Of a stretch of DNA of 64,000 nucleotides, positions 49,593 through 59,366 are shown one piece after another; within the stretch, counting starts at the first letter, position 1, and every line of letters begins with the position of its first letter. The DNA is from Calditrichaceae bacterium (GTDB lineage Bacteria; Calditrichota; Calditrichia; Calditrichales; JBFXGD01): positions 1 to 64,000 of the forward strand of contig JBFXLE010000004.1 of the NCBI GenBank assembly GCA_050173015.1, written 5' to 3'. The position numbers and the translations under genes were made by a program. The notes under the pieces are model-generated. The model was not told where the DNA came from. It saw nothing but the letters and a program-made list of their open reading frames with translations, and did not search any database.

Positions 49593-50474
49593 ATGTCATT
49601 AGCCCGAATCATTGTGATAACTTCACTGGCTATGATTGCATTCGCGGGAAATTCGCTGCTCTGCCGGATCGCTTTTAAAGAAACCGACATTGATGCAGCC
49701 AGCTTCACCACCATCCGATTAATCTCGGGCGCGGTGATGCTCTGGGTGGTCGCCCGCATACGGGCCGGGAAGCATGTCGGTAAGGGCAGTTGGCTGTCGG
49801 CAACGGCGTTGTTTGTCTATGCGGCCGGTTTTTCCTTCGCCTATCTGAGTTTGTCTGTGGCAACCGGAGCGTTGCTGCTCTTTGCTTCTGTTCAGGCGAC
49901 GATGATCGGGTATGGCATCTGGACAGGAGAACGGCTGCTTAAACTGCAGATCATCGGTCTTATTTGCGCTCTGGTAGGCCTGGTTGGTTTTTTGTTGCCG
50001 GGGATCTCAGCGCCGCCGTTATATGAGTCCGTCCTAATGTTGATTGCCGGGGGCGCGTGGGGCATTTATTCAATAAGGGGGAAGGCGACGGGTGATCCCA
50101 CCCGGATAACGGCGGGGAATTTCCTTCGCGCGGTTCCTATCGCTGTAGTTTTGAGCATATTAATGTTGGATCATTCCTCTTTGGATGTCCCCGGATTTTG
50201 GTACGCGGTTTCTTCCGGCGCCGTTGCGTCAGGAATTGGTTACGCTATATGGTACGCGGCATTACCGTTCTTGTCAGCGACAAACGCGGCAACAGTCCAA
50301 CTCAGTGTTCCGGTCATAGCGGCCCTGGGTGGCATTGTGTTGCTTGGGGAGCATATGACCTTACGCTTAGCGCTGTCGTCTGCCGCAATTCTCGGCGGAA
50401 TTGCCCTGGTAATTCGTGTGAGGCAGCATGGTTTATCGCCCGATGAACCGCTTCAGGCGGCTTCAAAAAATTAA
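49593..50474 (+). CDS. DMT/EamA-family transporter
   Basis: AFAGNSLLCR...AATVQLSVPVIAA; ~10 TM. Confidence 0.9.
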   Translation: MSLARIIVITSLAMIAFAGNSLLCRIAFKETDIDAASFTTIRLISGAVMLWVVARIRAGKHVGKGSWLSATALFVYAAGFSFAYLSLSVATGALLLFASVQATMIGYGIWTGERLLKLQIIGLICALVGLVGFLLPGISAPPLYESVLMLIAGGAWGIYSIRGKATGDPTRITAGNFLRAVPIAVVLSILMLDHSSLDVPGFWYAVSSGAVASGIGYAIWYAALPFLSATNAATVQLSVPVIAALGGIVLLGEHMTLRLALSSAAILGGIALVIRVRQHGLSPDEPLQAASKN

Positions 50475-50737
50475 ATGATATTATACTCTACAAATTAGTT
50501 TACGCCACAGGCTTCTATCACCGCTGAAGAAATAAAAGCCGGTGAAAGTATGTTTATTTAAGCATCACCAAATAAAATCGTAAGAGTTGACAACAAATAA
50601 CAGTGATTACCCCTAAAAAGAACGTCAACGGCTGGTCATTGACCTGACGGACGACAGGGGTAACGACACTTTCCGCGATACCGAAGCGTGTTTTTAGTCC
50701 GAGGTATTAATGTTGTGAATCGGAAGGAGAAATGATC

Positions 50738-51184
50738 ATGTCAACCGGCACCGTACAGCTTCACCGGGTACTCCGCGCGAGTCCGGAACGTATTTACCGG
50801 GCTTTTTTAGACGCTGAGGCGATGGCTAAGTGGCTTCCGCCATTCGGCTTCACGTGCAGAGTTGATCATCTGGACGCCAAAGTCGGTGGTACTTACAAGA
50901 TGTCCTTTACGAACTTCACAACAGGCAAGGGTCATTCCTTTGGCGGTGAGTATCGTGAACTGGTGCCATTCGAACGAATTCACTACACGGACCGTTTTGA
51001 TGATCCAAATTTACCCGGAGAAATGCGGACGATGGTCACGCTGAAACCGGTATCCTGCGGAACGGATTTAAATATCGTACAGGAGGGGATTCCGGAACTC
51101 ATTCCCCTGGAGATGTGCTATCTCGGCTGGCAGGAATCGCTCGCGCAGCTCGCGAATCTGGTCGAGCCCGAAATCACGGATTAA
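50738..51184 (+). CDS. SRPBCC/AHSA1-domain protein
   Basis: LHRVLRASPERIYRAF...CYLGWQESL. Confidence 0.9.
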   Translation: MSTGTVQLHRVLRASPERIYRAFLDAEAMAKWLPPFGFTCRVDHLDAKVGGTYKMSFTNFTTGKGHSFGGEYRELVPFERIHYTDRFDDPNLPGEMRTMVTLKPVSCGTDLNIVQEGIPELIPLEMCYLGWQESLAQLANLVEPEITD

Positions 51185-51297
51185 GATCGCGATATTTTGC
51201 CCCTTGTCCCGGCTCACTACTTTAGCAGATTCATAACTTAAACAGATGTTTTTTTGAGATCAACTTAACTTTACTTATCAGAAAAGGAGTAATTCTA

Positions 51298-51615
51298 ATG
51301 GCTCAATATATTATTACTTACCTGGGAGGTAATCAACCATCCAGTCCCGACGAAGGTAAACGGCACTTCGCGAAATATAAAGAGTGGTTGTCATCGCTGG
51401 GAGACTCCGCGGTGAGTCCCGCTAATCCGATCAAGAATACGAGTACTGTAAACTCTGACGGTACCGTCACTTCGAAAAGTATAACTTCAATGTCCGGTTA
51501 CACGATCATTGAAGCTGAATCGAAAGAAACCGCGCTAAAGATCGCGAAAACCTGCCCGTTTCTTGAAATCGGCGGTTCTCTCGAAGTATCAGAATTAATG
51601 AAGATGCCCTTCTGA
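51298..51615 (+). CDS. YciI-related protein
   Basis: SGYTIIEAES...AKTCPFL...GSLEV. Confidence 0.8.
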   Translation: MAQYIITYLGGNQPSSPDEGKRHFAKYKEWLSSLGDSAVSPANPIKNTSTVNSDGTVTSKSITSMSGYTIIEAESKETALKIAKTCPFLEIGGSLEVSELMKMPF

Positions 51616-51765
51616 ACAAGATTTCTGAAAATGGCTGCATCCGTCAGCCGGGTGTTTACAATATCGCTGTACATGACTCAGATTCTGCCGACGACGAACA
51701 ATACAGATTTTGACAGAAATTAAACCATTTTAAAAAAAAATACACAAATCTGTAAAGGAAAGAAG

Positions 51766-52200
51766 ATGATAACAATCAATCCATATTTAACATTCAGCGG
51801 GCGCTGTGAAGAAGCCTTCCATTTTTACAAGTCTGTATTTGGCGGTGATTTTCTCTATGTGGGGAAATATGAGGAAATGCCTGCAAATCCGGAGTACCCG
51901 CTTTCAGATGCCGACAAAGAAAAAATAATGCATATTTCATTACCCATCAGTAAGGAGACGGTTTTAATGGGAAGTGATTCTGTCCAGTCATTTGGCGAAG
52001 CCAATAAAGAAGGAAATAACTTTTCCATTTCGATAAATACTGATTCTGTAGAAGAAACGACAAGAATTTTCAACGCGCTTTCAAAAGACGGAAAAATCAA
52101 AATGCCTCTGGATAAAACATTTTGGGGAGCCTATTTTGGCATGTTTACCGATAAATTCGGCATACACTGGATGGTAAATTGCGAACTAAAGGGTGAATAA
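51766..52200 (+). CDS. VOC-family PhnB/YjdN-like protein
   Basis: NPYLTFSGRCEEAFHFY, IMH, LMGSD, FWGAYFGMFTDKFGIHWMV. Confidence 0.92.
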   Translation: MITINPYLTFSGRCEEAFHFYKSVFGGDFLYVGKYEEMPANPEYPLSDADKEKIMHISLPISKETVLMGSDSVQSFGEANKEGNNFSISINTDSVEETTRIFNALSKDGKIKMPLDKTFWGAYFGMFTDKFGIHWMVNCELKGE

Positions 52201-52275
52201 GATGCCATCCGAAATAGGGATGAAAGAGCTAACGGACCCGGGAAGGTGGGATGATCAAAATGTCTGAACTCAATT

Positions 52276-52749
52276 ATGACGCCTGTGACCGTTATTAAGC
52301 TTGGCGACAAAGATTCAGATAGATTCCTAAAGGTCATCAGAATCTTTGAACAAGTGTTCGATATGGAGAATTTGGTTCTCCCCGGCGACGTTCATCTCCG
52401 CGATCTTTTAAAGAGTGATCATTTTTTTGTTTTCGCGGCAATGTCCGGTGATAAAGTGATTGGCGGTTTGACGGGGTATATTCTGGAGCAATATTATTCC
52501 GTTAAACCGCTGGCGTATATATTTGATCTTGCCGTTGACGCTGAATACCGGAGACAGGGTGTTGGCGGAAAATTAATGGCGGAAGTCAGGCAATATTTCA
52601 CCAAAAATGGTTTCGAAGAGGTCTTTGTCCAGGCGGATATGATTGATGATGACGCGGTAAATTTTTATCGTTCAACCGGACCGACCAATGAAGAAGATGT
52701 TATTCATTTTTACTACACACTCAATGAAGCCAAAAGACGGGATAAATAA
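52276..52749 (+). CDS. GNAT acetyltransferase, AAC(3)-I-like
   Basis: IGGLTGYIL...AYIFDLAVDAEYRRQG...VFVQAD..DDDAVNFY...VIHF. Confidence 0.75.
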   Translation: MTPVTVIKLGDKDSDRFLKVIRIFEQVFDMENLVLPGDVHLRDLLKSDHFFVFAAMSGDKVIGGLTGYILEQYYSVKPLAYIFDLAVDAEYRRQGVGGKLMAEVRQYFTKNGFEEVFVQADMIDDDAVNFYRSTGPTNEEDVIHFYYTLNEAKRRDK

Positions 52750-53166
52750 ATGGAGCTAAAAAAACTGGTCAAACTATGGTTTGAAAAATGGGAAGCCGGT
52801 GACTTTCATCGTTTGCCCATATCTGAATCATTCAAACATACCAGCCCTTTCGGGACAATAGACGGGAAACGGGAATACATCCGTCTGGTTGAAGCAAATA
52901 AGGATAAATTTCTGGGTTACCGCTTCCGGATACACGATGAAATCTACGATAACGCGAAGGCCTGTGTACGCTATACCGCTATTCAGGGAGAATTTAAATT
53001 AGATGTTAGTGAATGGTATTATGCCAAAAATGATTTGATCGAATCAATCGTATCCTACTATCACATTGGAGAGATCCGTGATGACCGGAAACTTTCCGGG
53101 GCCGGGGGTGTGATGACCGGAACCGATATTAAAGAAAATTTGCAAGATACAAATTTCATCTTGTAA
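52750..53166 (+). CDS. NTF2/SnoaL-like protein
   Basis: FKHTSPFGTIDGK...ACVRY. Confidence 0.75.
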   Translation: MELKKLVKLWFEKWEAGDFHRLPISESFKHTSPFGTIDGKREYIRLVEANKDKFLGYRFRIHDEIYDNAKACVRYTAIQGEFKLDVSEWYYAKNDLIESIVSYYHIGEIRDDRKLSGAGGVMTGTDIKENLQDTNFIL

Positions 53167-53351
53167 CTTATACTAGAATCAGCCGCCCACCGCAACGGCG
53201 TTAAGGCGATATCAATCATAATAATAATAGGATGGCGCGCTCGGGTTTGGAGTTTCAGTAGGGCAAACCACAACCGGGATCATGTCAACCGGATGGGGTA
53301 CACGCCTGCGTTTTTATTTCGAACGTTAACAGGATAAGGGAAGAATATAAC

Positions 53352-53933
53352 ATGAAAAAATTTAGCGTATTATGCGTGGTCATATTTTTTGCTATTGCCA
53401 CTGTAATAGCTGCTCCCAGGTCTGATTCGGCAGACGATCTGAAGAAATCCAAAAAGACAAAACCTGGAGCTGAGACCATATTAAAATCCCTTGTTGGTTC
53501 ATGGGAAGGTGTCTGCCGTACCTGGTTTCGTCCCGGAGAACTCGCCGACGAATCCAATGTGAAGGGGGAATTCAAACTCATTCTCAATGGACGCTTTTTG
53601 CGACATACCTACGAAGGAAAAATTCAGGGAAAGCCCCGCCACGGAGAGGAAACGATCGCGTTTAATTCCGTCAGCCAAAAGTTTCAGATATCCTGGTTCG
53701 ACGATTTTCATATGAATTACGGGATCATGTTTTCCGAGGGCGAGGGGAGTGAGACAGGATTTATAGTTGCCGGTAAATATGATGTCGGACAGGATCAATC
53801 GCCCTGGGGCTGGAAAACCGTATTCGAACTAATCGATGATGAGCACCTGACCATTACCGCGTATAATGTGACGCCGGATGGCAGAGAGGCAAAGGCCGTG
53901 GAAACACGGTACACGCGGGAAAATCGCAGATAA
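53352..53933 (+). CDS. DUF1579-family exported protein
   Basis: LVGSWEG...GRFL...SWFDDFHM. Confidence 0.8.
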   Translation: MKKFSVLCVVIFFAIATVIAAPRSDSADDLKKSKKTKPGAETILKSLVGSWEGVCRTWFRPGELADESNVKGEFKLILNGRFLRHTYEGKIQGKPRHGEETIAFNSVSQKFQISWFDDFHMNYGIMFSEGEGSETGFIVAGKYDVGQDQSPWGWKTVFELIDDEHLTITAYNVTPDGREAKAVETRYTRENRR

Positions 53934-53979
53934 TGATACTTTTGGAAAAAGATCATTCAGATCTCAGAAAGGAATAATC

Positions 53980-54264
53980 ATGGCGAAATTAAAGAAAATC
54001 GGAGTAAAGTTTTCTGCCAAATTGCAGGCTGTTGTAATGGGGATTGCCGGTTTGATTGCCGGAATACTGTACTCATTTGGCGGGCTATTGTACGACCTGA
54101 TTACAACCGGTTCGGTAAATACAGGTACAGCTCTCGCCTTTTTGGCCCTCATTGGCATGCCGCTGCTTTTTTCAGCTTTCGGTGTGATTATCGGTTTGGT
54201 TGAAGCGATAATTTACAACATGTACGCGAGACGCTTTGGGGGAATAGAAACGGATTTTGAATAA
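53980..54264 (+). CDS. Small two-TM membrane protein
   Basis: AAGGA RBS; two hydrophobic helices; YN...GGIE C-terminus. Confidence 0.7.
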   Translation: MAKLKKIGVKFSAKLQAVVMGIAGLIAGILYSFGGLLYDLITTGSVNTGTALAFLALIGMPLLFSAFGVIIGLVEAIIYNMYARRFGGIETDFE

Positions 54265-54429
54265 CAAACCATCGGTCGGAAATCACGAGTTTTTGGTTGC
54301 GGACCAGATGGAAAACAGCAAAGGGGATGTTGTATTAATATTTTCAGTAAATGAGTGTCCGCGGAAATATCTTTGCTTAATTAAAAGCCAGGCGGGTCCT
54401 GGTTATGAGTATTTTACAAAGGGGGATTC

Positions 54430-54885
54430 ATGAAAATTTTAAATTATACTATCCATATCAACGCGCCAAAAGAAAAAGTTTGGAAAACGATGACCGATTC
54501 AAAAAAATACAAAGAATGGACAAAAGTTTTTTCAGATAATTCATCTTTTGTCGGCGAATGGAAAGAGGGCACCCATATCAAATTTATTGATGCGAATCTG
54601 GGAGGCACCAAAGCCTTTCTGGTAGAAGTAAAACCCTTTGATTATATTCTGGCCAGACATGTAGCCATTATCCGCAAAGACGGAACAGAGGATACGGAAA
54701 GTGATGTCGCGAAAAGCTGGATAGATTTGACAGAAGAATACACATTCAAAGAAAACAAAGGCGAAACAGACCTATCCATTGAAATGAGATCACACGAGGC
54801 TTATGTAAATATGTTTAATGAAAACTGGCCAAAGGCGTTAAAAATTTTAAAGAAAATTTGTGAACAGAGTGAAAAGGAATCCTGA
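54430..54885 (+). CDS. SRPBCC/AHSA1-domain protein
   Basis: INAPKEKVW...WPKALKILKKICE. Confidence 0.88.
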   Translation: MKILNYTIHINAPKEKVWKTMTDSKKYKEWTKVFSDNSSFVGEWKEGTHIKFIDANLGGTKAFLVEVKPFDYILARHVAIIRKDGTEDTESDVAKSWIDLTEEYTFKENKGETDLSIEMRSHEAYVNMFNENWPKALKILKKICEQSEKES

Positions 54886-55423
54886 TTTGAGCCATGATAC
54901 AGAAAAAGAACAAAGTGTTTCTTTCCCCGAACTGAGTACAGACCGTCTGATTTTAAGACAAGTAAAGGGGGATGATGATAATGAAATATTCCGGCTTCGC
55001 TCAGATGAAAAAGTTAATATGTTTCTTGACAGACCGGGAGCCGAAACCATTGTAGACGCCCAAAAATTTATCCATAAAATTAATGAGGGTATTTCCAAAA
55101 ACGAATGGTTATATTGGGCGATCACTCTAAAGAACAGCAATAAGCTTATCGGTACAATTTGTCTCTGGAATCTTTCCGTAAAGCATTCCAAAGCTGAAAT
55201 TGGTTTTGAACTATTGCCGGAATATCAAGGGTTGGGAATAATGCGCGAAGCGTTGGCGAAAATTATTGAATATGGCTTTGAAAACAAAAGTCTTCATTTG
55301 ATTGAAGGCGAGGTTGATCCGGAAAATAAAAAATCCGTAAAATTATTAAAAAAATTCGGTTTTGTTTATACACGAAAGTCAAAAAATACAGTTATATATT
55401 CTCTGTTTAGCCGTGATGAATAA
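54860..55423 (+). CDS. RimJ/RimL-type GNAT acetyltransferase (start uncertain)
   Basis: FPELSTDRLILR, AEIGFELLPEYQGLG, NKKSVKLLKKFGF. Confidence 0.85.
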   Translation: MNRVKRNPDLSHDTEKEQSVSFPELSTDRLILRQVKGDDDNEIFRLRSDEKVNMFLDRPGAETIVDAQKFIHKINEGISKNEWLYWAITLKNSNKLIGTICLWNLSVKHSKAEIGFELLPEYQGLGIMREALAKIIEYGFENKSLHLIEGEVDPENKKSVKLLKKFGFVYTRKSKNTVIYSLFSRDE

Positions 55424-55434
55424 CTGGAGGAAAA

Positions 55435-56283
55435 ATGTCAAGAGCGTCCGGGATAGTATCTTTTATCTGCTTTCTTTTGGTAACGAATATTTACTCTCAG
55501 GAAATCTCTTATAACGAATACACTTACGCGGAGAAAAACGGTATCCGATTAAATGCATACGTTTTCGCCACCGATGAGGTGAAAGCAAAAGAAGAGAATC
55601 CGGTGATTGTAATATTTCACGGAGGCGGCTGGACCATGGGAGAGCCTTCCTGGGCTTTTGGACGGGCAAAACATTTCGCTAAGATCGGATTTGTAGCTAT
55701 TGCCGCGCACTACAGACTGTCAGATAAGAAGAATATCACACCGCTTGACGCGATGGATGACGCGCGTGATATAATCAAATGGATTAGAAAAAATAAAAAA
55801 ACGTTGAAAATTGATCCGCATAAATTAGTAGGATATGGATGGTCGGCAGGGGCGCATTTAGTGACCTCGGCGGCAATTTTTGGTGAACCGGATTTGCGGG
55901 TGAATTCAATCCCTGATGCGCTTATTTTAGTTTCACCCGCCGTATCTCTGGAAGAGGATGCCTGGTTTAATACGCTGTTAAAAGACAAAATTGAAGCAAG
56001 AACCGTATCACCGGATGAAAATGTAAGAAAAGGTCTGCCGCCGACGTTGATTCTTCAGGGCAGAGATGATACGGTTACTCCCTTGTCAGGCGCGCAAAAA
56101 TTTACAAATCGAATGAAAAAAGACGGAAACGATTGTGAGTTAATCATTTATGATAAAGTCGGGCACCTGTTTACTCCGGCTGGAGAACCTGATAACGGAT
56201 ATCCGAATCCGGACCCCGAAATCCAACAGGCTGCCTATGAAAAAGCCGATAAATTTTTAAGGAAATTGGGATATATAAAATAG
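55435..56283 (+). CDS. Secreted alpha/beta hydrolase (esterase, HSL-like)
   Basis: FHGGGW, GWSAGAH, GRDD, GH catalytic motifs. Confidence 0.9.
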   Translation: MSRASGIVSFICFLLVTNIYSQEISYNEYTYAEKNGIRLNAYVFATDEVKAKEENPVIVIFHGGGWTMGEPSWAFGRAKHFAKIGFVAIAAHYRLSDKKNITPLDAMDDARDIIKWIRKNKKTLKIDPHKLVGYGWSAGAHLVTSAAIFGEPDLRVNSIPDALILVSPAVSLEEDAWFNTLLKDKIEARTVSPDENVRKGLPPTLILQGRDDTVTPLSGAQKFTNRMKKDGNDCELIIYDKVGHLFTPAGEPDNGYPNPDPEIQQAAYEKADKFLRKLGYIK

Positions 56284-56868
56284 ATTTCGCCTTCCGACGG
56301 CACAGGGAAAAAAATTATAGCTGACACTCCGTTTATCGCCAGACCGTTTCACGCCCCGGCATAGTTGTATCATCAAATATTTGAATAATAGTGGGGATAT
56401 ATGAAGGATTCCTGGGAAACAGGTGATTTTTGCATAATATAGATTAAACAAAAAAACAGCAAACCTGTTAAAAATTGTTATATGGTTCCGGTCTTTTAAG
56501 AAATATTTATCGACTTGTGACAGACCAAAATCAATGGCCACTATTACCACTGTATTCAATAACCGGCTAAATAATTTGTATGGCTGATTCCTGAGTCTTA
56601 ACAATAGAAAAACTACCGCAATTTCGTCTTTTTCTGCCATCATCAATCAGATTGAATCGCGATAAAACGATTGGAATTAGCTAACTATCTAAAAATATCT
56701 TTTTTGTTGCCTGTTTTACAGAATTACTATAAATTGAATTTCAAATATACTCTCACACAATCTGTTACGGGATGGATATCCCTGAGCGCCAGGCTCCGGT
56801 ATTCTTTCGATATATAGATTAAATCTGTTTGGGATGATCTGCCAAAACATAAAAATCATGGAGAAAAA

Positions 56869-58053
56869 ATGAGGACTGTAGCGGTATTTTTATTGCTATT
56901 TTACACCGTTTTGTTTGCCGGTGATGATGACAGGGTTGATATCAGCGCCCAACAAATTTTTTATCCTCAGGGTTTTACGCTCCCATCGTATCATAGTATC
57001 GGATTTTCAGATGGTAATTCATCCATCGTCTCAGAAATGATCAGCGCCAATCCCGCGACAATTACAAAGTTTAACAACGTTCAATTCGGCATGGAGTACG
57101 AATACGCCTCGGAAATTGATAACGCGATTTATTCGGATGTTGGGCATTCAAGAAATTATCAATGGGTGCCGGTATCATTTGGATCACATTTTGAAACCAA
57201 AGGTTTCCATTTTGGTTTGGGATTTTATCAAAAATATTCATCCAGTTTAGATTTTGAGCCAATACCGATAACATCGGTAAACGATCCGGATGGTGGTGAT
57301 GGATTGACCGTGACCCCGGAAATGGAGTCTTCCATTTTTACTTTTGGGGGTGTCACGGCATACAGTTTTCAAAATTTAATTGCGCAGAATGACGCTTTAT
57401 CCGTTGGTATTCAATTGAATGTTGATTATTTATATTCGAGCGAGGAAGTGCTGAGCGCCGAAGCGACGAGAACCGGATCGGATATTACATGGAAACTGGG
57501 GTTAAATTATGAGGTGTCAGATCTTTTTAGTCTCGGATACATTTACGAATCCGGCATGGATATGAGCGGCACTTACGAGATCGAGAATTTATACGTTAGC
57601 AATGATTTAGAAACACGATATAATCAAAGTAGTCAGATTTCAAATGACTTTACGGCAAAACTTCCATCCAGATCGATCATCGGCCTCTCAATTTACCCGA
57701 CAAACCAGATGGCAATCGCGGGTACAATCACACAAGTTCTTTGGGATGATGTAAACGAACTTGTGGATAATAACTATGAATTTTCTTTGCACACGATTTA
57801 CGGGATCAGAAACAATATGGCGCTGACCCTGGGCATTTACAGGAATGAAATGACCATGAAAGAGGATTACCCTGTAGAATTTGACCGGGAGAAGGATTAT
57901 ACCTTTCTGAACGCGGGAATCAAGTATCGGCTCAGGAGATTGGATTTTCAATTTGAAATTTATGACAGTCATTGGGAATCTTTGTCTTCGATGGAGAGAA
58001 CCATTTATAAATTTGGTATTGGCTACATGTTTGGGGCTGATAAGTTCATGTAA
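56869..58053 (+). CDS. Outer-membrane beta-barrel protein (FadL/PorV-like)
   Basis: Signal peptide; NPA motif; amphipathic beta strands. Confidence 0.65.
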   Translation: MRTVAVFLLLFYTVLFAGDDDRVDISAQQIFYPQGFTLPSYHSIGFSDGNSSIVSEMISANPATITKFNNVQFGMEYEYASEIDNAIYSDVGHSRNYQWVPVSFGSHFETKGFHFGLGFYQKYSSSLDFEPIPITSVNDPDGGDGLTVTPEMESSIFTFGGVTAYSFQNLIAQNDALSVGIQLNVDYLYSSEEVLSAEATRTGSDITWKLGLNYEVSDLFSLGYIYESGMDMSGTYEIENLYVSNDLETRYNQSSQISNDFTAKLPSRSIIGLSIYPTNQMAIAGTITQVLWDDVNELVDNNYEFSLHTIYGIRNNMALTLGIYRNEMTMKEDYPVEFDREKDYTFLNAGIKYRLRRLDFQFEIYDSHWESLSSMERTIYKFGIGYMFGADKFM

Positions 58054-58468
58054 TCCCATTCTACTCATTGTACTGCAAATATTACATCTCAGAACCGGTA
58101 AATTTCTGGAGGAGATGGAAAAAGACACATTAATTTATCAGGAGAGTTTTTCTACACCGCTGAGCGAAAATTATGACCGCTATTTCGGCTTCCGCCTAAC
58201 CGGATATTATTATGATGAGCCTCTCTCCCTGCGGGAAATAAATGAAAATTTAAATTTAGAAGGATTCTTTTATTTTTACGCGAATACCATCCAATTATAT
58301 TAAAGAAAACGTCTCATACCTATCGTTTGAAATGTATAAAAAAGAAGATGCATTTTGATGATATATTTGATATTATTAACAGTCGGTTGTATTGAATATT
58401 AAAAGACAAATCATCATGTCTCCCGGACAATCGGGAATGCTCTAAAAAATTTATTCCGGAGTCTTTTA

Positions 58469-59161
58469 ATGGAAAAGCAAAAATCATCAAAAATCGTTCG
58501 CGGCCTGTTGTTTGTTTTTTTTCTTTTGACCGTATTATTTACACTTTTCAGCGGAATTGGCACCTACTGCGCCGCTTTTGATACGGAAAAGTATCCGAGT
58601 ATGCTGGCGCTCCTGCCGTATCAATGGTTGTATCAGATTCTCTTTTTTGTCAGTATCGCCGTCGGTGTATGGGGATTATGGGAAATCATATCCTTTATTC
58701 GTAAAAAATCGAATGTGTACCGCAACGCCATCATCATTTTGAGCATCGGGCTGACCGCGGCGGCCATACAAATGATTACATCTGAAATCGCGCGAGGTAA
58801 TTCCATACCGGTCAATTTCCGTGTCTATTTCACTTTATTCACCCTGCTGCTTTTTTTACTGGTGCGTTATACTTCTCTTTGGCAAAAGAGCGGATTCTCC
58901 CTGAACAATAATTCCGGCGGACCGGGGATGACCGCCCTGTCATCAGCCTTGCTGATTGGCGGATTGGGACTGTTAACCATGCATATCTGGGTCGGGAATA
59001 GTCATTTCGCGTCGGATGGCTACAATTGGGTCAATGATTTAAGAATGCCTTTGAATCTATCCGGATGGGGAATGATCTTCTCGGGGGCGGTTTTACTCTT
59101 GAATTCCGTCAGAAAAAAAATGAAAGCATCAAAGGAATCCATTATCGTCACAGGCCGGTGA
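58469..59161 (+). CDS. Hypothetical integral membrane protein
   Basis: ~6 TM helices; GGAG RBS. Confidence 0.75.
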   Translation: MEKQKSSKIVRGLLFVFFLLTVLFTLFSGIGTYCAAFDTEKYPSMLALLPYQWLYQILFFVSIAVGVWGLWEIISFIRKKSNVYRNAIIILSIGLTAAAIQMITSEIARGNSIPVNFRVYFTLFTLLLFLLVRYTSLWQKSGFSLNNNSGGPGMTALSSALLIGGLGLLTMHIWVGNSHFASDGYNWVNDLRMPLNLSGWGMIFSGAVLLLNSVRKKMKASKESIIVTGR

Positions 59162-59174
59162 CCCAAAAAAGATA

Positions 59175-59208
59175 AAAAGCTTGTGAAGCAATTGTTTCAC
59201 AAGCTTTT
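59175..59208 (+). terminator. Intrinsic (bidirectional) terminator
   Basis: AAAAGCTTGTGAA/TTCACAAGCTTTT 13-bp stem. Confidence 0.85.
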
Positions 59209-59366
59209 CTTTATGTTTTATCCGGGTCGTTTTTCGTTCCCGATGACCTCCGGGTTCTTCCGGGTATTCCACCCTTCCATAGCAACCATCTGACCACATT
59301 AAAGATTCTCTCCTTATTATGCCATTTTGTTTTATTTAAATTTGTTGTATAATTGAAATCGAACTT

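Noticed and set aside
57953-58303. Independent 116-aa gene
   Set aside because: Overlaps the beta-barrel gene out of frame; at most a remnant, and I cannot assign a function
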